NCBI GenBank assembly: GCA_963675495.1
Contig: OY776215.1
Coordinates: 1,248,001-1,312,000 of the forward strand
Direction of reading: 5' to 3'
DNA from: an uncultured Methanolobus sp.
GTDB taxonomy: Archaea; Halobacteriota; Methanosarcinia; Methanosarcinales; Methanosarcinaceae
DNA length: 64,000 bases
Position numbers and translations under genes: made by a program. Numbering within the stretch: the first letter of the stretch is position 1; each line of letters starts with the position of its first letter. The notes under the pieces were generated by a model, which made no database searches, was not told where the DNA came from, and saw only the letters and a program-made list of their open reading frames with translations. Positions 59,501 to 64,000 of the stretch are shown here, one piece after another.

Positions 59501-59882
59501 TTCAAAACCCTCCCTCAAGGTGTTGGTTGTAGATGATGAAATTAGTATGGTGGAACTGATATATGAGATGTTGAACGGGAAAGAATTCGATGTACTTACT
59601 GCTTACGGGGGTCAGGAAGCTATCGATATTGCCCTGAAAGATGATCCAGACGTGATAGTCCTTGACCTTATGATGCCAGTTATCAGTGGCTTTGATGTCA
59701 TACATACCCTAAAGAACAAAGAACAGACCATTGACATCCCAATTATAATATGTAGCGCAAAGGATCTGGAAAAGAATGAGAAAATCGAACTGAAAAGCGA
59801 TGTAGCACATATATTTCAAAAGGGTATGTTCAGCAAAGAAAGTCTCGTAGACTGTATCAGAAACTCAAGGAAGAACAACTGA
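56535..59882 (+). CDS. Hybrid histidine kinase: CHASE4-HAMP-PAS-PAS-HisKA-HATPase-REC-REC
   Basis: DWA.WDD.Y.F (CHASE4); GNDEL..LA..IN.M (HAMP); SHELRTPLN; two receiver domains. Confidence 0.92.
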   Translation: MKIRNKTLAIIGIAFTILFICLIGATEYIIGNNSDELEINQINKDVERASFAFETELLFIEAVASDWALWDDSYYFVQGEYDGYVDSNLDAETLANLGLNMVLFYDVSNQPYYVTGADIETYEEIEISDTFIEYISSQEILFSHPTVYDSVLGIMNSPQGPLLIASNPITTSTREGKIAGSFIAARYLDDSFIEMLEEKTILDIDIVPVDPKESTSEKDSSELLASGTENTEIKFLSESSALGTRFLTDINGENIMSLNVEIPRTIHKQSIMAREYLFVMIICLGLFFGLLTSLAMERTVLSPISLLNTNLTTITKSGSLTSRLKVTGNDELAGLAGSINYMVESLEEKGNILETLDILESSLESIDTGIMVVDRNSRIIMNSKFIDMWDLSVDTLQQNNVTEILKHVVSISKNDDGNTENIEKLQTVYNQETTNLNLKNRLTYEWHSGPLLHNGNEIGAVYSVNDITDRVRVRLMEHESKQRMETVISNIISGILVIDANTHKIIDSNPASESMIGLPKEKIIGNICHEFICPAENGNCPITDNGSTCDRAERILIDRSGNKVPILKSVVAADFSGREVLIESFVDLTKIKEAEQSLIEAKLAAESANRSKSDFLATMSHELRTPLNSIIGFSDLIIGGSVGDVSDMQKKFLGNISTSGKHLLSLINNVLDISKIEAGKMEIDLELFPLDETLTEVKQLIEPLTNKKDLSIEFHIDGKLTHMYADKTRFKQIMFNLISNAIKFTPEGGKIDICASIKENKALFAVKDTGIGISDENKSQLFQPFTQVDSATNRHYEGTGLGLSLVKKFLELHKGNIWLESTPGEGSTFIFELPLKENTNLTDTEEVDMNQNGTLLALPRITEPDMSNGNEPLILVVEDDDASRELLEYTLVHEGYRVASAPSGKEALEFAKVMDPFAITLDIMMPGMDGWDVLKYLKQEKGTRDIPVVITSMVDEKKTGIVWGAAEYFIKPVEKEVLLSTMDKLKEKVSKPSLKVLVVDDEISMVELIYEMLNGKEFDVLTAYGGQEAIDIALKDDPDVIVLDLMMPVISGFDVIHTLKNKEQTIDIPIIICSAKDLEKNEKIELKSDVAHIFQKGMFSKESLVDCIRNSRKNN

Positions 59883-59911
59883 ACTCAAAGACATTATAAC
59901 GACAAATAGAG

Positions 59912-59963
59912 AACAAGGGAAAGAGAATATAAAAGTCCCTTTTGTTTTTATTTTTTTATTTTT
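59912..59963 (+). terminator. Probable terminator after the hybrid kinase
   Basis: AACAAGGGA...TCCCTTTTGTT imperfect stem followed by a long T-tract. Confidence 0.5.
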
Positions 59964-60040
59964 CAATTAAAATTACGTTGAACCCATTTTGTTGATGCTG
60001 CTTATCCAATTAAATGATGGATAAGTAGAGCATCGCATAT

Positions 60041-62278
60041 TTACTGATACGCCCTTTCATCCTCACTTGTACTTTTCTCATCCTCATTTGCTGCATATCT
60101 GGCAAATGATTCAGCCGCCTGCTCGTAGAAACTCATGGCGCTGCGAGATGTAGTCGGTTTTACTCTTTTTTTGGCTTTGAGGAAATGATTGGATGTGATT
60201 TTCAGACCGGCGGCTTTTTTCATAGCTTCTTCCTGGCTAAGACCGGGAGTTATTACCTCACGCAGAGCCAGCATTGAAGCTTCACGGGAGATGGACTCGA
60301 TGTCAGCACCGACATAACCCTCAGTGATATCGGCAAGCTCATGGATATCAACATCATCCTCAAGGGGTTTATCTTCAAGATGGATGTTGAATATCTTTTC
60401 ACGACTCTGTTTGTCAGGAGGACGCACATAGATGAGGCGGTCGAATCTTCCCGGACGCAGCAGAGCAGGGTCCACGATATCTGGCCGGTTGGTGGCAGCG
60501 ACTATTACAACGTCCTTCAATTCCTCCACTCCGTCTATCTCGGTGAGTATCTGGCTCACCACACGCTCGGTTGCATGTGCATCCACACTGGACCCACGTT
60601 CTGATGCCATTGAATCTATCTCATCGAAGAAAATTATGGTCGGAGCCGCCTGCTTGGCTTTACGGAAGGTCTCACGAACCGCACGCTCAGACTCTCCAAC
60701 ATAACGGCTGAGAAGTTCGGGACCCTTGATACTGATAAAATTTGCCTCGCTCTCGGTTGCCACAGCTTTTGCAAGCATGGTCTTACCGGTGCCGGGAGGA
60801 CCAAACAACATTATACCACGTGGTGGCTTTGTGCTCACCGTATCGAACAGATCGGGATACTTCAGGGGCCACTCAACAGCCTCTATCAACTCCTGCTTAG
60901 CTCCCTCAAGACCGCCGATGTCTTCCCAGCTTACGTGGGGCACTTCTACGAAAACCTCCCTCATGGCAGAAGGTTCTATATTCTTCAGTGCCTCATCGAA
61001 ATCTTTTTTGGACACTTCCAGCTTTTCCATGAATTCCGGCGGGATCTCATCCTCAACATCATCTATTTTCAGTTCTGGGAGAAGACGCCTCAAGGCATGC
61101 ATTGCAGCTTCCTTACACAGGGAAGATAGGTCTGCACCCACAAAACCGTGAGTAACTGCAGCTATTTCCTTTAACTCCAGTCCTTTTTCCAGAGGCATGC
61201 CCCTTGTGTGTACATAAAGGACCTGCAATCTTCCACTTGAATCAGGAATACCCACCTCAATTTCCCTGTCAAACCTGCCGCCACGGCGCAGTGCTTCATC
61301 AATTGAATTCGGGCGGTTGGTGGCAGCGATAACTATTACTTTGCCTCTTGAAGCAAGACCATCCATCAGGGACAGCAACTGGGCAACTATCCTGCGTTCC
61401 ATCTCCCCTACGACCTCATCACGTTTGGGAGCTATTGAATCAACTTCATCTATGAAAATAATAGTTGGAGCATTACGCTGCGCCTCTTCGAATATCTCAC
61501 GCAGCTTCTGCTCACTTTCACCATAATACTTTGATACGATCTCAGGCCCGCTGACGGATACGAAATTAGCATCTGTTTCACTTGCAACTGCCCTTGCGAT
61601 CATGGTCTTACCAGTTCCCGGAGGACCGAACAAGAGAACACCTTTGGGAGGATCGACTCCCAGTTTATTGAACAATTCCGGATGCTTGAGTGGAAGCTCT
61701 ATCATCTCACGCACAAGTCCCAGTTCCCTCTGGAGACCCCCAATGTCCTCATAGGTCACCTGACCGGCTGTACTCTCTGCAATAGCTGCCTTCTCCCTGA
61801 GTTGTATCTGGGTGCTCCTTGTCACAACCACAGGACCTGAAGGTTTGCTGGAAAGCACCACAAAAGAAATCGGATTGTTCACCGTCTCAACACGGATGTT
61901 CTGTCCCTTTACAACAGGACGCCCTTCCAGTATCCTAAGAATGAAGCGAGCACCCCCGACAAGATGTGTTTCCCGTGTTGGAGCCAGAGTAACAGACTCT
62001 GCTTCCACTACCTGAACCTTTCTCAGGGTCACCTTGTCATCGATACCTACTTTTGCATTGTTCCTGAGGTTACCATCGATCCTCACAAGCTCCTTGCCTG
62101 CATCCTCAAGATAACCCGGCCAGACTATCGCATAGCATTTTTCCTTGCTCTTTATCTCAATGATATCGCCACTGATGGCGCCTATCTGCTGCATGAGGGG
62201 CTTATCGAGCCTGGCAATTCCCCTTCCTGCATCACGAGGATATGCCTGACCAACGCTGACGGTAGTCTCTTCAGTCAT
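60041..62278 (-). CDS. cdc48: CDC48/VAT AAA+ ATPase
   Basis: D.GRGIAR N-domain; two AAA modules (GPPGTGKT twice; YEDIGGL and WEDIGGL). Confidence 0.96.
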   Translation of the reverse strand: MTEETTVSVGQAYPRDAGRGIARLDKPLMQQIGAISGDIIEIKSKEKCYAIVWPGYLEDAGKELVRIDGNLRNNAKVGIDDKVTLRKVQVVEAESVTLAPTRETHLVGGARFILRILEGRPVVKGQNIRVETVNNPISFVVLSSKPSGPVVVTRSTQIQLREKAAIAESTAGQVTYEDIGGLQRELGLVREMIELPLKHPELFNKLGVDPPKGVLLFGPPGTGKTMIARAVASETDANFVSVSGPEIVSKYYGESEQKLREIFEEAQRNAPTIIFIDEVDSIAPKRDEVVGEMERRIVAQLLSLMDGLASRGKVIVIAATNRPNSIDEALRRGGRFDREIEVGIPDSSGRLQVLYVHTRGMPLEKGLELKEIAAVTHGFVGADLSSLCKEAAMHALRRLLPELKIDDVEDEIPPEFMEKLEVSKKDFDEALKNIEPSAMREVFVEVPHVSWEDIGGLEGAKQELIEAVEWPLKYPDLFDTVSTKPPRGIMLFGPPGTGKTMLAKAVATESEANFISIKGPELLSRYVGESERAVRETFRKAKQAAPTIIFFDEIDSMASERGSSVDAHATERVVSQILTEIDGVEELKDVVIVAATNRPDIVDPALLRPGRFDRLIYVRPPDKQSREKIFNIHLEDKPLEDDVDIHELADITEGYVGADIESISREASMLALREVITPGLSQEEAMKKAAGLKITSNHFLKAKKRVKPTTSRSAMSFYEQAAESFARYAANEDEKSTSEDERAYQ

Positions 62279-62595
62279 GGCCTGTCACCTTATGGTTTAC
62301 TGTAATTGTGAGGTCGATGGTCGTCATTAATAATATATTCAGCAGAGGTTAGATTTAACGTTTCTGGGGTTTTAGGTTGTGGAATGTATAATTTGTGGAA
62401 ATCAAATTATCAGAGATTTTCTGAAAATGTACCAAGTCTAAGAAAACGAGCACTTTACAAAAAGCAGGTTATATCCCTACCTATAACCCATAATAAAGGA
62501 AGTGAAGAGGAAGTAGGGTTTATACAAAGCCGAAAAACTATATATGTATATCAATGCTACTTACTATTGGGGTAATTTGGGCGAGTGTGGGGCAA

Positions 62596-63006
62596 ATGAT
62601 AAGTCATGATAGAATATTTGATATAGTAATCCGTTCAGTCACTTTTTCTATTCTTTATATACTGCTAATAGCGCTAATTGTGGGAGTGCTAAAAATTTTT
62701 GCGAGTATTGGCTTAGTCCTATTTGAGGTTATTGACGGCAATTTTATTCATATAGATTTTATTGATATAGTAGTTAGTGTTCTCACAGTTTTTGTTCTTA
62801 TTGATCTTTTCAAGACTTTTGTTGATTATCGTGAACATGAAAGAATCAGACTTACATATATAACCGATGCTACGATTTTACTAGTCATGCGTGAAATCAC
62901 AGCTGAGATTTATGCCCACAAAATTGAATATGAATTTATTTTAAGTATATCAGTATTGCTGCTATCATTAGGTGTAATAAGGGTAATAGCTACCAAATAT
63001 TCGTAA
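62596..63006 (+). CDS. Phosphate-starvation-inducible PsiE family membrane protein
   Basis: VLTVFVLIDLF.T...Y; I.DA....VMREI; four TM helices; start set at ATG 62596. Confidence 0.75.
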   Translation: MISHDRIFDIVIRSVTFSILYILLIALIVGVLKIFASIGLVLFEVIDGNFIHIDFIDIVVSVLTVFVLIDLFKTFVDYREHERIRLTYITDATILLVMREITAEIYAHKIEYEFILSISVLLLSLGVIRVIATKYS

Positions 63007-63180
63007 TCGTGTGAATGAGTCTCTATTTGACGGAGGGCAATAAGTGATTTTTGTCAAAACAAGCATTTCAGTTTATGTTACGAATTTCACCATAAATGGA
63101 TACAAAATATCTGGTAAACCTGTTCATGATGCGGTAAAGGTAAAGTATTTTGGGATGCAGCCACAATGTAATCTTAGGAG

Positions 63181-63441
63181 ATGAGAATAATGCATACTGT
63201 TTACATAAAAACATTAGAAAATTCACGCATAAATGTAGATCATATAAATAGAATATGGAGTGAAATGAACCAAATAATGATCATGACCTCTGATTCCTCT
63301 GTAGAAACAATCTTTTGTGGAAACACTGATTATGTAGATAATAAAATAGACACAGCACTTTCTCGAATAGACGAAGCAAAAAGAAAATCTGAAAACATTG
63401 CAGATCTCGTTATACTAGATTTGCCTAAACTTATTAGTTAA
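63181..63441 (+). CDS. Hypothetical protein
   Basis: 86 aa ORF with an AGGAG RBS; no family recognised. Confidence 0.55.
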   Translation: MRIMHTVYIKTLENSRINVDHINRIWSEMNQIMIMTSDSSVETIFCGNTDYVDNKIDTALSRIDEAKRKSENIADLVILDLPKLIS

Positions 63442-63776
63442 AGATAATGTATCTTGTTTTCTTATCCTTCAACCTAAACCGCCAAGTAAAGGAAATGCTT
63501 CCAACAGTATTCCTAAAAGCCTATTTTTCTATTTAAATAAACTCTGTTTTTTCGTTACCCATAACTGGTGAAGGAAGATTATTTCCTATTACATTGACTA
63601 ATCGGAAAAATTTGCTCGGACATTTGTAAAACGCCCCTGTTTTGTTTCAGGCATAAATCGCAGTCCATGCAATTGCAACCCATCGGCCATCTATCCTGTA
63701 ACAATAACAAGGCTGAGCGTAAAGAGGATGTCAAAAATATAAATCAAAAACAGAATTAAAAAAGAAGTAACCGAAG

Positions 63777-64000
63777 TTACATCTCGTTCTTCAACTTCTC
63801 AACAAGCTCTGCCCTGATACCGTCATTACGGTCGCCGCCACATACCATGCCACGAACACCTATGATGTCAGGCTGGATGCGCTTGAGTACAGGGATATCA
63901 TCAAAAACAAGGGAACCGGCAATTGCTGACATAAGACCTACGTCACGAATAGCAGCCGTGAAAACAGTGAGTGCTTCCTCATCCATGAACTCGAATGTTG
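63777..64000 (-). CDS. mfnB: (5-formylfuran-3-yl)methyl phosphate synthase, methanofuran biosynthesis (5'-partial)
   Basis: A.AGSL...D; PDIIGVRG.VC.GDR motif; runs off the window end. Confidence 0.85.
   Translation of the reverse strand, partial: TFEFMDEEALTVFTAAIRDVGLMSAIAGSLVFDDIPVLKRIQPDIIGVRGMVCGGDRNDGIRAELVEKLKNEM

Overview
Chromosomal window from a methanogenic archaeon of the Methanosarcinaceae, most likely Methanolobus or Methanococcoides-like, judged from the Rnf+MmcA operon, mfnB, archaeal MAT and PriS-GINS-L44e-S27e-aIF2a-Nop10 synteny. From left to right it holds: the Rnf/multiheme cytochrome operon with a divergent ApbE; thpR/dacZ; an acetate-channel homologue; rqcH-pelota; the conserved replication/translation cluster; a tRNA-Ser(CGA) with a D-loop (21/22) intron; and signalling genes including a Cache kinase plus wHTH-REC pair. 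Next comes a ~23 kb envelope locus with six MacB/LolE-type permeases, four ATPases, three COG1361 S-layer-like proteins, a Yip1 protein and a PGF-CTERM protein. The right part has a RelBE-like module beside a decayed Rhs-core scar, LarA, enolase, a divergent tubulin/FtsZ-family gene, NAD and lipid biosynthesis, MAT, HARP, a CHASE4 hybrid kinase, CDC48 and partial mfnB. The best candidate for an undescribed system is the multiplied type VII ABC/COG1361/Yip1 locus, whose layout parallels Bacillus yknWXYZ. Its promoters share an ACTTGAC-N8-GTCAAGT palindrome at a fixed distance from the TATA box, and a related site sits in front of a small HTH gene. Signals missing from the ORF track include four probable non-canonical starts (ATT, ATC, ATT, CTG), a promoter-bounded C-rich sRNA candidate, an internally deleted ybjQ scar and a uORF. 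No CRISPR array, rRNA or intact mobile element was seen. All calls come from manual motif recognition; no database search was run.
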